A stretch of 64,000 nucleotides of DNA from Rikenellaceae bacterium (GCA_044433365.1 JAWXTR010000001.1:44860-108859); one strand, 5' to 3'. Shown: positions 9,735 to 19,365, counted from the first letter of the stretch. A program made the numbers and translations. Notes: generated by a model not told the origin, from the letters alone.

Positions 9735-9750
9735 TGGCACGTCGTATGCA
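9735..9750 (+). promoter_or_regulatory. sigma-54 (-24/-12) promoter of the TolC-MacA-MacB-type operon
   Basis: TGGCACGTCGTATGCA versus consensus TGGCACG-N4-TTGCW. GG and GC spacing is correct, with one deviation. Lies 28 nt upstream of the ATG at 9778. Confidence 0.65.
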
Positions 9751-9777
9751 AAAGCTACTACAAAATAGGAATAAATT

Positions 9778-11109
9778 ATGAAAAACTTATTATTTTCAGC
9801 TATACTATTAGCAATTACTGCAAATGGAGTCAAGGCACAAACACCCATTACATTGCAGCAGTGTATGGAGTATACTCTGGAGCGAAATAATGCTATAAAA
9901 ATTCAAGAAATAGTGAATAATAGCACAAAACAGGATAAAACAGAGTCGATAGCATCGCTTTTCCCCTCACTAAGCGCATCATCGAGTGTTACAAACTCTT
10001 ATGGTCGTTCGATTGACCCAGAGACCAACACCTACACCACTAGCGGCAACCTTTCCAACTCTTACGGTTTGTATGCTTCTGTAACCGTATTTAGTGGACT
10101 AACAAACATTAATGCAGTGCGTGCTGCAAGAATGCGTGTAGAACAGGGAGGACTTCAATTACAGCAAAAAAAGGATGAAATGGCTATTTCGGCTATGAAG
10201 CTATTTTATGATGCGCTATACTACGAGGAGTCGGTAAAAATAGTTGTAGAGCAGAAAGAGGCATCTGAAAAGGTGTTGAAATTGACAAAAAAACAGTTAG
10301 AATTGGGTGTAAAAAGCGAAGCAGATGTAGCAGTAGCAGCAGCAGAGGTGGCAAACTACGACCTACTTCTTACAGAGCAAGAGAGTAGCTACAGGTTGGC
10401 TATATTAGATGTAAAAGAGGCGATGAACTTTCCATTAGATAGCCAAATAGAGCTTGTCGGTAGTGATACAAAGCTGCTAGAGACTCTAAAAACATTTAAA
10501 CCTTTCGACAGCAGCGAAACTCTGGAATATAACAGCGAAGTTCAATCGGCAAAAAGCTCATTAAAAGAGAGTCAGATAAATTTAAAAATAGCAAAAGGTG
10601 GTTATCTTCCCACTATCTCTTTTGGTGCTGGTTACAACACAAACTACTTTAAAATGTTTGATAGCGATGTAGCACAACGAATATTTTCTGACCAAATAAG
10701 GGATAACAACGGTTACTATTTTGGGGCATCTATCTCAATACCAATTTTTAAGGGGTTAAACAGTAGAATTAACGTTATAAAGAGTCGCAATAATGTAAAA
10801 ATAGCAGAGTTGCAGCTTTCGCAAACCGAGTTAAAGGTAGAAAAGGCGATAAAAAATGCACTGCTACAGAAAACAAGTTCCCTAAAAGAGCAGATAGGAG
10901 CAGAAAAGAAGATAGAAGCAAATAAATTAGCTACAAGAGCGATGACAAAAAAATATGAACAGGGAATAGCTAGCATAATCGACCTACAAAAAAGCAGCAA
11001 CGACCTACTACTAGCAAAAGCCGCCTATGCAAGAGCAAAGTATAACTACCAAATTCAATCAATAATGGTAGAGTATTATCGCAGTGGCGTTTTAGAGGTT
11101 AGAGGTTAG
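9778..11109 (+). CDS. TolC-family outer membrane efflux protein
   Basis: 443 aa. Signal peptide, two-repeat coiled/alpha-rich OEP architecture. First gene of the efflux operon. Confidence 0.8.
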   Translation: MKNLLFSAILLAITANGVKAQTPITLQQCMEYTLERNNAIKIQEIVNNSTKQDKTESIASLFPSLSASSSVTNSYGRSIDPETNTYTTSGNLSNSYGLYASVTVFSGLTNINAVRAARMRVEQGGLQLQQKKDEMAISAMKLFYDALYYEESVKIVVEQKEASEKVLKLTKKQLELGVKSEADVAVAAAEVANYDLLLTEQESSYRLAILDVKEAMNFPLDSQIELVGSDTKLLETLKTFKPFDSSETLEYNSEVQSAKSSLKESQINLKIAKGGYLPTISFGAGYNTNYFKMFDSDVAQRIFSDQIRDNNGYYFGASISIPIFKGLNSRINVIKSRNNVKIAELQLSQTELKVEKAIKNALLQKTSSLKEQIGAEKKIEANKLATRAMTKKYEQGIASIIDLQKSSNDLLLAKAAYARAKYNYQIQSIMVEYYRSGVLEVRG

Positions 11110-11134
11110 AGGGAAAAGAGGAGAGAGATTAGAG

Positions 11135-11172
11135 CATTACAATTATGCATTATGAATTATGCATTATGAATT
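11135..11172 (+). repeat. heptanucleotide satellite array (AATTATG orientation)
   Basis: CATTACAATTATGCATTATGAATTATGCATTATGAATT in the TolC/MacA spacer. Confidence 0.95.
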
Positions 11173-11179
11173 GAATATT

Positions 11180-12439
11180 ATGGATATAAAATTAGAACAA
11201 CCAAAAGGCATAAAAGCCATATTCAGAGCCAAAAATCTACCATATTTTTTAGGTGGAGCACTACTAATATTCGTAGCATGGCTACTACTACGTGATAATT
11301 CGGCTACGCTACGCATTAATGCCAAAACTATAGCAGTCGAAACAGTTGAAAATGGCGAATTTAACGACTATGTACGCATTACAGGGCAGGTTCAACCAAT
11401 AATGGCAGTGCAGCTTAGCCCATTAGAGAGCGGTATTGTAGAAGAAATTATGGTAGAGGAGGGTGCAAAGGTGAAAAAAGGTCAAATTTTAGCCATTTTA
11501 AGCAACAATAACCTAAACCTTTCAATCCTAGATAGCGAAGCGCAACTAGCAGAGAAACAGAACTTTCTACGCAACACCCAAATCACTATGGAGCAGGAGC
11601 GTTTAAGCCTAAATCAAGAGCGATTGCAGCTAGAATTAGATGTAAAACGCAAATATAGAGCCTATAAGCAGCAAGAGGAGTTATATAACGATAAACTCGT
11701 TGCAAAAGAGGATTGGCTGATAGCAAAAGAGGATTATGAGCTTGCAGTAAACCGTAGAGAGTTGATTTTAGAGCGACAAAAGCAAGATAGCCTTTACCGT
11801 ACAGTGCAGGTAGACCAAATGGAAGAGAGCCTTAATAATATGCGCCGAAATATGGAGCTTGTGCGCCAAAGAGTTGAAAATCTACATATTAAATCGCCTA
11901 TTGATGGTGAACTAGGTTTGTTAGATTTAGTATTAGGACAGTCGGTATCGTCGGGACAGAAAATAGGGCAAGTAAACGACCTTTCAAACTTTAAAATCGA
12001 AGCTCAAATTAATGAACACTACATAGATAGAGTAAATTCGGGTCTTACAGCAGCATTTGAACGCAGTGGTGAAACATTCGAGACGACTCTACGCAAAGTC
12101 TACCCAGAGGTGAGAGAGGGTCAGTTTCGTGCAGATTTTAAATTTACGGGTAATCGCCCTGAGAATATTCGTTCAGGTCAAACTTATTACTTAAATTTGC
12201 AACTTGGAGCACCAGCCCAGGCGGTTATCATTCCACGAGGTTCATTCTACCAAAGTACAGGTGGAAATTGGATTTTTGTTGTAAATGAAGCTGAGGGCAA
12301 AGCCTATAAACGCCATATTAAAATCGGTCGTCAAAATCCTCAATATTATGAGGTTATCGAGGGTCTTTCAGCTGGCGAAAAGGTGATTGTCTCTAGTTAT
12401 GAGCAGTATGGGGATAATGAGGTGCTGCTTTTTGATTAA
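11180..12439 (+). CDS. HlyD/MacA-family periplasmic adaptor
   Basis: N-terminal TM anchor, lipoyl-like and long coiled-coil segments, beta-barrel C-terminus. Start taken at MDIKLEQ, downstream of the array-encoded MHYELNI. Confidence 0.8.
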   Translation: MDIKLEQPKGIKAIFRAKNLPYFLGGALLIFVAWLLLRDNSATLRINAKTIAVETVENGEFNDYVRITGQVQPIMAVQLSPLESGIVEEIMVEEGAKVKKGQILAILSNNNLNLSILDSEAQLAEKQNFLRNTQITMEQERLSLNQERLQLELDVKRKYRAYKQQEELYNDKLVAKEDWLIAKEDYELAVNRRELILERQKQDSLYRTVQVDQMEESLNNMRRNMELVRQRVENLHIKSPIDGELGLLDLVLGQSVSSGQKIGQVNDLSNFKIEAQINEHYIDRVNSGLTAAFERSGETFETTLRKVYPEVREGQFRADFKFTGNRPENIRSGQTYYLNLQLGAPAQAVIIPRGSFYQSTGGNWIFVVNEAEGKAYKRHIKIGRQNPQYYEVIEGLSAGEKVIVSSYEQYGDNEVLLFD

Positions 12440-12469
12440 TGCGTAATTCGTAATTCGTAATGCGTAATT
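12438..12469 (-). repeat. heptanucleotide satellite array (CGTAATT variant, reverse orientation)
   Basis: AATGCGTAATTCGTAATTCGTAATGCGTAATT overlapping the MacA-like stop codon. 5' arm of a potential stem with 12530-12561. Confidence 0.95.
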
Positions 12470-12529
12470 GTGCAACGACAAAAAAACAAAGGGAACTTTT
12501 AAAATAAAATATAATATTATAAATCAATC

Positions 12530-12561
12530 AATTATGCATTATGAATTATGCATTATGAATT
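12530..12561 (+). repeat. heptanucleotide satellite array (AATTATG orientation)
   Basis: AATTATGCATTATGAATTATGCATTATGAATT. 3' arm of the stem with 12438-12469. Confidence 0.95.
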
Positions 12562-12574
12562 AAAATTTATTGCT

Positions 12575-13255
12575 ATGTTAAAAATTAAAAACATCAAAAA
12601 ACATTTCAAAACAGAATTAGTTGAAACTATAGCACTTGCAGGCGTAACATTTGAGGTAAAATCGGGTGAGTTTGTGGCTATTATGGGTCCGTCGGGTTGT
12701 GGAAAATCTACGCTGCTTAATATTTTAGGTCTTTTGGATAACCCAACCGAAGGTGGTTATGAGCTTTTAGGTCAAGAGGTTGGCTCACTTAAAGAGAAAG
12801 AGCGCACAAAATTCCGTAAAGGTAATATCGGCTTTATTTTTCAAAGTTTTAACCTTATCGACGAGCTTTCAGTATTTGAAAATGTCGAACTACCTCTTGT
12901 TTATATGGGTGTTAAGGCTAAAGAGCGCAAAGAGAGAGTATTGGCAATTCTTAAACGTATGGCTATCACCCATCGTGCCGAACATTTCCCTCAACAACTC
13001 TCTGGTGGTCAGCAACAGCGTGTAGCCATTGCTCGTGCACTTGTTAGCAACCCTAAATTAATCCTTGCCGATGAGCCTACAGGTAATCTTGATTCAAAAA
13101 ATGGTTCAGAGGTGATGCACCTACTTATGGATCTGCATCGTGAGGGTAGCACTATCATTATGGTTACTCACTCACAACACGATGCTGCTTATGCTGGGCG
13201 GACTATTAATCTTTTTGATGGGAAAATAGTAGAGGATGTGCAAAACTTCATGTAA
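12575..13255 (+). CDS. ABC transporter ATP-binding protein (MacB/LolD-type)
   Basis: Walker [10 protein letters not shown], signature LSGGQQQR, Walker B LILADEPT. Start at MLKIKNI, downstream of the array-encoded MHYELKFIA. Confidence 0.9.
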   Translation: MLKIKNIKKHFKTELVETIALAGVTFEVKSGEFVAIMGPSGCGKSTLLNILGLLDNPTEGGYELLGQEVGSLKEKERTKFRKGNIGFIFQSFNLIDELSVFENVELPLVYMGVKAKERKERVLAILKRMAITHRAEHFPQQLSGGQQQRVAIARALVSNPKLILADEPTGNLDSKNGSEVMHLLMDLHREGSTIIMVTHSQHDAAYAGRTINLFDGKIVEDVQNFM

Positions 13256-13328
13256 TTACGGAAGCCGTATAGCGCAGCCATTTTTGGCACATCCCTCCGC
13301 TTTTTAATCCTCACGCACCCCAAAAATC

Positions 13329-13360
13329 AATGCATAATTCATAATGCATAATTCATAATT
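13329..13360 (-). repeat. heptanucleotide satellite array, left arm bracketing the four-helix-bundle gene
   Basis: AATGCATAATTCATAATGCATAATTCATAATT. Its reverse complement matches 13732-13763 at 31 of 32 positions. Confidence 0.95.
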
Positions 13361-13373
13361 AAATAGTATTTGT

Positions 13374-13733
13374 ATGGGAAAAAGAGAAAATGTGATTGTT
13401 GACAAGAGTAAATTGTTTGCTATTCGGATAATTAGATTATATCAATATTTAAATAATGAAAAACAAGAGTATGTTTTATCAAAACAGTTATTGAGGTCGG
13501 GAACAAGTATTGGAGCTAATGTAAAAGAGGCTATACGTGGGCAATCTAAGGCTGATTTTGTGGCAAAAATGAATATTTCATTAAAAGAGGCAAGTGAAAC
13601 AGAATATTGGTTAGAATTACTACTTGAAACTGATTATATTAATAATCAGCAGTTTGATAGTATCTATTTAGATAATCAAGAGTTAATAAAACTCCTAATT
13701 TCAATAATCAAATCGAGTAAAAATAATTCCTAA
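13374..13733 (+). CDS. four-helix-bundle protein (23S rRNA intervening-sequence protein / Avd-fold family)
   Basis: 119 aa. ..LSKQLLRSGTSIGANVKEA....F..K..I.LKEASETEYWLELL.. is the family signature as I recall it (TIGR02436/PF05635 type). Confidence 0.8.
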   Translation: MGKRENVIVDKSKLFAIRIIRLYQYLNNEKQEYVLSKQLLRSGTSIGANVKEAIRGQSKADFVAKMNISLKEASETEYWLELLLETDYINNQQFDSIYLDNQELIKLLISIIKSSKNNS

Positions 13734-13763
13734 TTATGAATTATGCATTATGAATTATGAATT
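13732..13763 (+). repeat. heptanucleotide satellite array, right arm bracketing the four-helix-bundle gene
   Basis: AATTATGAATTATGCATTATGAATTATGAATT, starting inside the TAA stop of the 4HB gene. Confidence 0.95.
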
Positions 13764-13781
13764 AATTTAAAATGAATTAAA

Positions 13782-16196
13782 ATGAAAAATATATTACGAA
13801 ATAGAGATGGTGAGTTGCTAAAGGTGATACTACTAGGTGTTGCACTAGCAATGTCGCTTGTGATGTTTTCAAAGGTCTATTTTGAGAATAGCTATGAGGA
13901 TTTTGTGCCCAAGGCTGAGCGAATATATCGGGTGCATCCTCGATTTACTAGAGCAGGGCTTAGGATGATTCCCCAGTGGGCAACAACACCCGGTGGAATT
14001 GCACCAACAATAATAAAATTCTCTCCCCTTTTTGAGAGTGCTACACGATATAAGGTATATCGCAACGATGCAGCCTTTTATAAGGTGAGTGATAGTGATA
14101 GCGATGATGCACGTTCGGTAGTTTGTAGTGAGATGATACTTGCTGATAGCAATTTCCTTAGTTTTTTTCCACGTAATGTTATTGGTGCTACTATGGAAGA
14201 TATTGCCTCTACTTCACACGATGTGCTTTTATCTCGCTCTTTGGCTGAGAGTTTAAGCCATGACGGTGATGCAGAGTCGATTATTGGTAGTATGATACGA
14301 AGTAATGCTATCGTAATAGACGAAGATTTTACGGTAAAAGGAATTTTTGACGATTTTCCAAAAAATTCCTCACTTTGTGATATTGAGGTAATAGGTTCGG
14401 TGGAGCTTAACAATCTCTTTTATGATGAAGAGGATCATAACCGATTAATGGGTAACGAAGTATACCACAGTTATGTAAGATTGCAACCAAATGTAGAGGT
14501 TGCAGAGCTAGACAAGGCAATAGAGAATGCAATAGAGACAGATATTGTCAAAACATATAAAGATTTTATACCTGATGATATGTCGATTGGTTACTATTTA
14601 GAGGGTATTAAAACTATACATACCTCTGAGCAGTCGGTACGCTCAACGATTACACTACTGCTGATTTTAGGAATTTCAGTACTTGCAATTGCAATGTTAA
14701 ACTACGTTCTTTTTGCAGTAACTGCACTTGTTAAGAGGGCTAAAAATATTGCGACTCGCCGCTGTTATGGTGCGCCTACATGGGTGATATACAAAATGCT
14801 TATCAGTGATGCACTCTCTACGCTTTTGCTCTCACTAGCGTTGGCTGTATTTCTATTATTTGCATTAAAACCAAATATAGAAGCTATTACGGGTGTGCGT
14901 TATGTCGATTTATTTACTTTTGATATAGTTTGGATTGTGGTTGTGGTGTCGCTAATGGTGGTTATGGTGTGTGGTGTCGTTCCTGCTGCTATCTACTCAA
15001 AAATTCCTCTTTCGGCAGCGTTCCAACGCTTTAAAGAGCGAAATACAAAGTGGAAATATGCGCTTTTGGCTGTTCAATTCTCGGGTGCAATGTTGTTTAT
15101 CGCTCTACTTTCGATTATGACGCTACAATATCGCTATCTGTTATCCGTAGATATTGGCTATAAATATGATAATCTGCTATACGTGCAGTTTGAACGCTTT
15201 AATAGCGATGGTTACAAGGAGGTAAAAGATAATGTAATAAAAGTTGCAGGAGTTGAAAAAGTGGCACGTTGTTCGGATTTACCCTACACATTTCTTAGTT
15301 CTAATAGCACTTACGATAGTCAGGATGGTTTTTTATTCTCTTCTAACGAGATGAGTGCAGCCGATGAAGATTTACCATCAATCTTTGGACTCGAAATTGT
15401 TGAGGGGCGTGATTTTGATGCAGAGCATCCTACGGGGCAAGAGGCTTTGGTTAGTAAATCGTTTGTAGAGCAGATGTCTAAATATAAAGATTGGAGCGAT
15501 GGAGCAGTGGGTAAGTCGTTTCAAATGTCGTCACATAATCATAATGATGAGTATTCAACGGTTTGCGGAGTGTACGAAGATTTTTTAGTTGGAAATGCTG
15601 TTACTTTAGATGATATGCCATCTGTTATTTTCTATAGTGAGACTCAAAGCCATAACTATAATGTTAAGATGAAATATCTTGTCATAAAAGTTCGAGAAGA
15701 TACTCAAGAGATTAGAACAGCTATTCAAAATGCTATTAAAGAGATTGTGCCATCGCAAAATACTGAGATTCGTAACTACTCAGCAGAGTTTGAGCAGTCG
15801 TATTCTGATAGTAAAAACTTTAGAAACATGGTGCTTTACGCAGGTTTGATAGTGTTGATAATCACTTTAATCGGTTTGGTAGGCTATACACGTGATGAAA
15901 TATCACGTCGCAGGTCGGAAATTGCTATTCGTAAGATTCATGGAGCTACAACTTCCGAAATTATTCAGATTTTTATGCGTGATGTGGTTTGGCTTTTGCT
16001 TTTTGGACTTTTAGCAGGTGGTGCAGCTTCGCTATATGCTGCTAACTCTCTACTTGAGATGTTCGCCTATAAAATTACGCTTAGCCCATGGATATTCCTA
16101 TTGAGTGCAGTAGTAGTAACAGCAGTAATAGCCGCAGTGGTAATATCTACAACTCATAGAGCTGCTGATGCTAACCCTGTGGATAACCTTAATTAA
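13782..16196 (+). CDS. ABC transporter permease, duplicated FtsX/MacB-type
   Basis: 804 aa. Two modules, each a large extracytoplasmic domain plus a 4-TM FtsX-like bundle. Follows the ATPase in the same operon. Confidence 0.8.
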   Translation: MKNILRNRDGELLKVILLGVALAMSLVMFSKVYFENSYEDFVPKAERIYRVHPRFTRAGLRMIPQWATTPGGIAPTIIKFSPLFESATRYKVYRNDAAFYKVSDSDSDDARSVVCSEMILADSNFLSFFPRNVIGATMEDIASTSHDVLLSRSLAESLSHDGDAESIIGSMIRSNAIVIDEDFTVKGIFDDFPKNSSLCDIEVIGSVELNNLFYDEEDHNRLMGNEVYHSYVRLQPNVEVAELDKAIENAIETDIVKTYKDFIPDDMSIGYYLEGIKTIHTSEQSVRSTITLLLILGISVLAIAMLNYVLFAVTALVKRAKNIATRRCYGAPTWVIYKMLISDALSTLLLSLALAVFLLFALKPNIEAITGVRYVDLFTFDIVWIVVVVSLMVVMVCGVVPAAIYSKIPLSAAFQRFKERNTKWKYALLAVQFSGAMLFIALLSIMTLQYRYLLSVDIGYKYDNLLYVQFERFNSDGYKEVKDNVIKVAGVEKVARCSDLPYTFLSSNSTYDSQDGFLFSSNEMSAADEDLPSIFGLEIVEGRDFDAEHPTGQEALVSKSFVEQMSKYKDWSDGAVGKSFQMSSHNHNDEYSTVCGVYEDFLVGNAVTLDDMPSVIFYSETQSHNYNVKMKYLVIKVREDTQEIRTAIQNAIKEIVPSQNTEIRNYSAEFEQSYSDSKNFRNMVLYAGLIVLIITLIGLVGYTRDEISRRRSEIAIRKIHGATTSEIIQIFMRDVVWLLLFGLLAGGAASLYAANSLLEMFAYKITLSPWIFLLSAVVVTAVIAAVVISTTHRAADANPVDNLN

Positions 16197-16255
16197 TTCA
16201 TAATTTGTAATGCATAATTCATAATTGAAAATTCTTAAATTATGAATTATAAATT
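16195..16255. repeat. opposed heptamer arrays forming a hairpin just after the permease stop
   Basis: AATTCATAATTTGTAATGCATAATTCATAATT, 10-nt loop, AAATTATGAATTATAAATT. Confidence 0.9.
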
Positions 16256-16317
16256 AATTTACATGAGAACAATAGCAAACTTTTTTGTTTGATAGTAGTT
16301 TTGAGAATGACTCTAAG

Positions 16318-16386
16318 AAAAAAGGTTTGAAAAACCTTCGCACTGCTCATAAAAAGCGGAAGAAGGATTTTCAAACCTTTATTGGT
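16318..16386. mobile_element. short derivative of the AATAAAGGTTTGAAA-terminated element (family M190)
   Basis: AAAGGTTTGAAAAACC...GGAAGAAGGATTTTCAAACCTTTATTGG shares both termini and the GCGGAAGAAGG segment with 57111-57300. Confidence 0.6.
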
Positions 16387-16400
16387 GTTTAAAATATAAA

Positions 16401-16444
16401 GGGAACTTCTAAAAATCGAATAAAACTAATTATTAGAACTCCCC
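16401..16444 (+). mobile_element. GGGAAC-type mini palindromic element (short form)
   Basis: 44-bp copy flanked by TAAA on both sides. Confidence 0.8.
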
Positions 16445-16464
16445 TAAAACTTTTCTTTAGTATT

Positions 16465-16628
16465 AAGTAGTGTAAAACAATTATTGCCATATTCTTAATA
16501 GCACTCTTGGAGCGATATTTTTCACTATTAAATCTCAATATAGAACCACTATATTGAGATTCAATAGCAAAAAATCTCATCTCCAATAGCACTATTAAAA
16601 ATACACCAATAATTATTTTACCCTACTT
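16465..16628 (-). mobile_element. TA-MITE165, full copy abutting the frdB stop codon
   Basis: TA on both flanks. The right TA plus the terminal element base form the frdB TAA stop on the minus strand. Confidence 0.85.
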
Positions 16629-17370
16629 AGTCTTTTAATTTTGCACAAAGGAACTCACGGTTTAGGCGAGCGATATGAGAGATTGAGATACCTTTTGGAC
16701 ACTCAGCCTCACAAGCTTGTGTATTAGTACAACCACCAAAACCTAAATCATCCATTTTAGCAACCATCGCTTTAGCACGACGAGAAGCCTCAACTTTACC
16801 TTGTGGTAGAAGAGCTAGAGAAGATACACGAGCAGCTACGAAAAGCATAGCTGAACCGTTTTTACAAGTAGCAACGCAAGCACCACAACCGATACAAGCG
16901 GCAGCATCCATACTATCCTCAGCATCTGGCTTAGGAATTGGAATTGCGTTTGCATCAGGAACACCACCTGTATTTACTGAGATAAAACCACCTGCATGAA
17001 GAATTTGCTCGTAAGCAGTTCTATCAACAGCAAGGTCTTTAAGTACAGGGAATGCTTTTGAACGCCAAGGCTCAATTGTAATCTCTTTTTGACCTTTAAA
17101 CTTACGCATGTGAAGCTGACAAGTAGTGATATCATCATCTGGACCGTGTGCACGACCATCAATAAATAGAGAACACATACCGCAGATACCCTCACGACAG
17201 TCGTGGTCGAATACTACTGGCTCTTGACCTGCATGGATAAGGTCGTTGTTTAAAATATCTAACATCTCTAGGAATGAGCTATCCTCAGAAATATTTTTCA
17301 CATCATAGGTTTCAAATTTACCTGCTGATTGTGCGTTGGCTTGACGCCATATCTTTAATTTTAAATCCAT
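16627..17370 (-). CDS. frdB: fumarate reductase/succinate dehydrogenase iron-sulfur subunit
   Basis: 2Fe-2[10 protein letters not shown], 4Fe-4[12 protein letters not shown], third cluster C..CEAECP. Confidence 0.92.
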   Translation of the reverse strand: MDLKLKIWRQANAQSAGKFETYDVKNISEDSSFLEMLDILNNDLIHAGQEPVVFDHDCREGICGMCSLFIDGRAHGPDDDITTCQLHMRKFKGQKEITIEPWRSKAFPVLKDLAVDRTAYEQILHAGGFISVNTGGVPDANAIPIPKPDAEDSMDAAACIGCGACVATCKNGSAMLFVAARVSSLALLPQGKVEASRRAKAMVAKMDDLGFGGCTNTQACEAECPKGISISHIARLNREFLCAKLKD

Positions 17371-17421
17371 TGTTTTCTGGTTTGAACGTTATTCAACTTA
17401 AATTATCCTAAACTGTCGATA

Positions 17422-19365
17422 TTACTCTTTGTAGTTACGTTGAGCAACTTTGATAAATTCGAAGTTAAGATCCTCTTTGTGAAGTACAGGAACCTCATCA
17501 GTACCTTTGTTTTCCCAAACAGCAACGTAAGTGAAGTTTTCGTCATCACGAAGTGCCTCACCCTCTTCTGTTTGATACTCTTCACGGAAGTGACCACCAC
17601 ATGACTCTTCACGGTTAAGACCGTCACGAGCCATAAGCTCACCAAGCTCTAAGAAATCTGTAAGACGAAGTGCTTTTTCAAGCTCTTGGTTCATCTCATC
17701 AGCTTTTCCTGGAATACGAACATTAGTCCAGAACTCTTTACGAACCTCTTGAATCTCTGTAATAGCTTTAGAAAGACCCTCTTTAGTACGTCCCATACCA
17801 ACATTTTCCCACATAATATTACCTAATTTTTTATGTAGGTCGTCAACAGAAAGTTTACCTTTAATAGAGAATAATTTTTCGATTTTAGCTTTAACTGCTT
17901 TCTCAGCCTCTACGAACTCTGGAGAGTTAGTGTCAACTTTAGGAGATTGAATCTCTTTAGAAAGATAGTCGCCAATTGTGTAAGGAATAACGAAATAACC
18001 ATCAGCAAGACCTTGCATAAGAGCCGAAGCACCAAGACGGTTTGCACCATGGTCAGAGAAGTTAGCTTCACCAAGAGAATATAGACCAGGAATAGTTGTC
18101 ATAAGGTTGTAGTCAACCCAGATGCCACCCATAGTGTAGTGAACCGCTGGATAAATCATCATTGGCTCCTCGTAAGGATTAACGTCAGTAATCTTTTCGT
18201 ACATTTGGAAAAGGTTACCGTAACGCTCTTTAATTACGTTTTGACCAAGACGGTTGATAGCAGTTGAGAAGTCAAGATATACAGCAAGACCTGTTTCGTT
18301 TACACCAAAACCTGCATCACAACGCTCTTTTGCAGCACGAGAGGCAACGTCACGAGGTACAAGATTACCAAACGCTGGGTAACGACGCTCTAGGTAGTAG
18401 TCACGGTCAGCCTCAGGAATTTGAGATGCTTTGATTTTTTTGGTACGGATTTTCTCAACGTCCTCTTTCTTTTTAGGAACCCAAATACGACCATCATTAC
18501 GAAGCGACTCCGACATAAGAGTTAGTTTCGATTGTTGAGTACCGTGAACAGGGATACAAGTAGGGTGAATTTGAGTAAAACAAGGGTTTGCAAAGAAAGC
18601 ACCTTTTTTGTAGCATTGCCATGCAACCGAACCGTTAGAGTTCATAGCATTTGTAGAAAGGAAGAATACGTTACCGTAACCACCTGTAGCCATACAAACT
18701 GCATGAGCACCAAAACGTTCAATCTCACCAGTAACAAGGTTGCGAGTGATAATACCACGAGCTTTGCCATCTACTAGAACTAAGTCTAACATTTCGTGAC
18801 GGTTGTAGCTTTTAACCGAACCTTTAGCGATTTGACGGTTAAGAGCTGCATAAGCACCTAAAAGAAGCTGTTGACCGGTTTGACCACGAGCGTAGAATGT
18901 ACGAGATACTTGAGCACCACCAAAAGAGCGGTTGTCAAGAAGTCCACCATAATCACGAGCGAAAGGAACACCTTGAGCTACACATTGGTCGATAATAGCG
19001 TTAGAAACCTCAGCTAGACGATATGTGTTTGCCTCACGAGCACGGTAGTCACCACCTTTGATAGTGTCGTAGAATAGACGATATACTGAGTCGTTGTCGT
19101 TTTGATAGTTTTTAGCAGCATTGATACCACCTTGAGCGGCAATAGAGTGCGCACGACGTGGAGAGTCTGAAATACAGAACACTTTCACGTTATAGCCTAG
19201 CTCACCAAGAGCAGCAGCAGCAGCACCACCACCTAGACCAGTACCAATTACGATGATGTCTAGCTTGCGTTTGTTTGCTGGGCTGACAACTTTAATTTCT
19301 GCTTTATGTTTGTTCCACTTTTCGGCCAAAGGACCTGAAGGGATTTTTGAATTTAATATGCTCAT
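17422..19365 (-). CDS. frdA: fumarate reductase/succinate dehydrogenase flavoprotein subunit
   Basis: 647 aa. FAD GxGxxG ([13 protein letters not shown]), [12 protein letters not shown] covalent-FAD His region, HPT and RLGASAL motifs. Confidence 0.92.
   Translation of the reverse strand: MSILNSKIPSGPLAEKWNKHKAEIKVVSPANKRKLDIIVIGTGLGGGAAAAALGELGYNVKVFCISDSPRRAHSIAAQGGINAAKNYQNDNDSVYRLFYDTIKGGDYRAREANTYRLAEVSNAIIDQCVAQGVPFARDYGGLLDNRSFGGAQVSRTFYARGQTGQQLLLGAYAALNRQIAKGSVKSYNRHEMLDLVLVDGKARGIITRNLVTGEIERFGAHAVCMATGGYGNVFFLSTNAMNSNGSVAWQCYKKGAFFANPCFTQIHPTCIPVHGTQQSKLTLMSESLRNDGRIWVPKKKEDVEKIRTKKIKASQIPEADRDYYLERRYPAFGNLVPRDVASRAAKERCDAGFGVNETGLAVYLDFSTAINRLGQNVIKERYGNLFQMYEKITDVNPYEEPMMIYPAVHYTMGGIWVDYNLMTTIPGLYSLGEANFSDHGANRLGASALMQGLADGYFVIPYTIGDYLSKEIQSPKVDTNSPEFVEAEKAVKAKIEKLFSIKGKLSVDDLHKKLGNIMWENVGMGRTKEGLSKAITEIQEVRKEFWTNVRIPGKADEMNQELEKALRLTDFLELGELMARDGLNREESCGGHFREEYQTEEGEALRDDENFTYVAVWENKGTDEVPVLHKEDLNFEFIKVAQRNYKE

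Noticed and set aside
11159-11179. MHYEL.. N-terminal extensions of three track ORFs (6480..7790, 11159..12439, 12548..13255)
   Set aside because: The shared peptide is encoded entirely by the heptamer satellite. Each gene has a downstream ATG followed by a normal-looking N-terminus, so the extensions are treated as repeat-derived.
13284-13300. Second sigma-54-like motif TGGCACATCCCTCCGC upstream of the four-helix-bundle gene
   Set aside because: The -12 GC is displaced by one position and the TTGC element is missing. This is kept only as part of the GC-rich cassette flank.
16389-16592. ORFs lying inside repeat elements (16389..16592, 35445..35687, 47713..47973, 34060..34296, 34143..34433, 24383..24601)
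   Set aside because: Their sequences are the translated MITE or hairpin repeats (e.g. ..SGSILRFNSEKYRSKSAIKNMAIIVLHYL appears in two different ORFs). They are not independent coding evidence.
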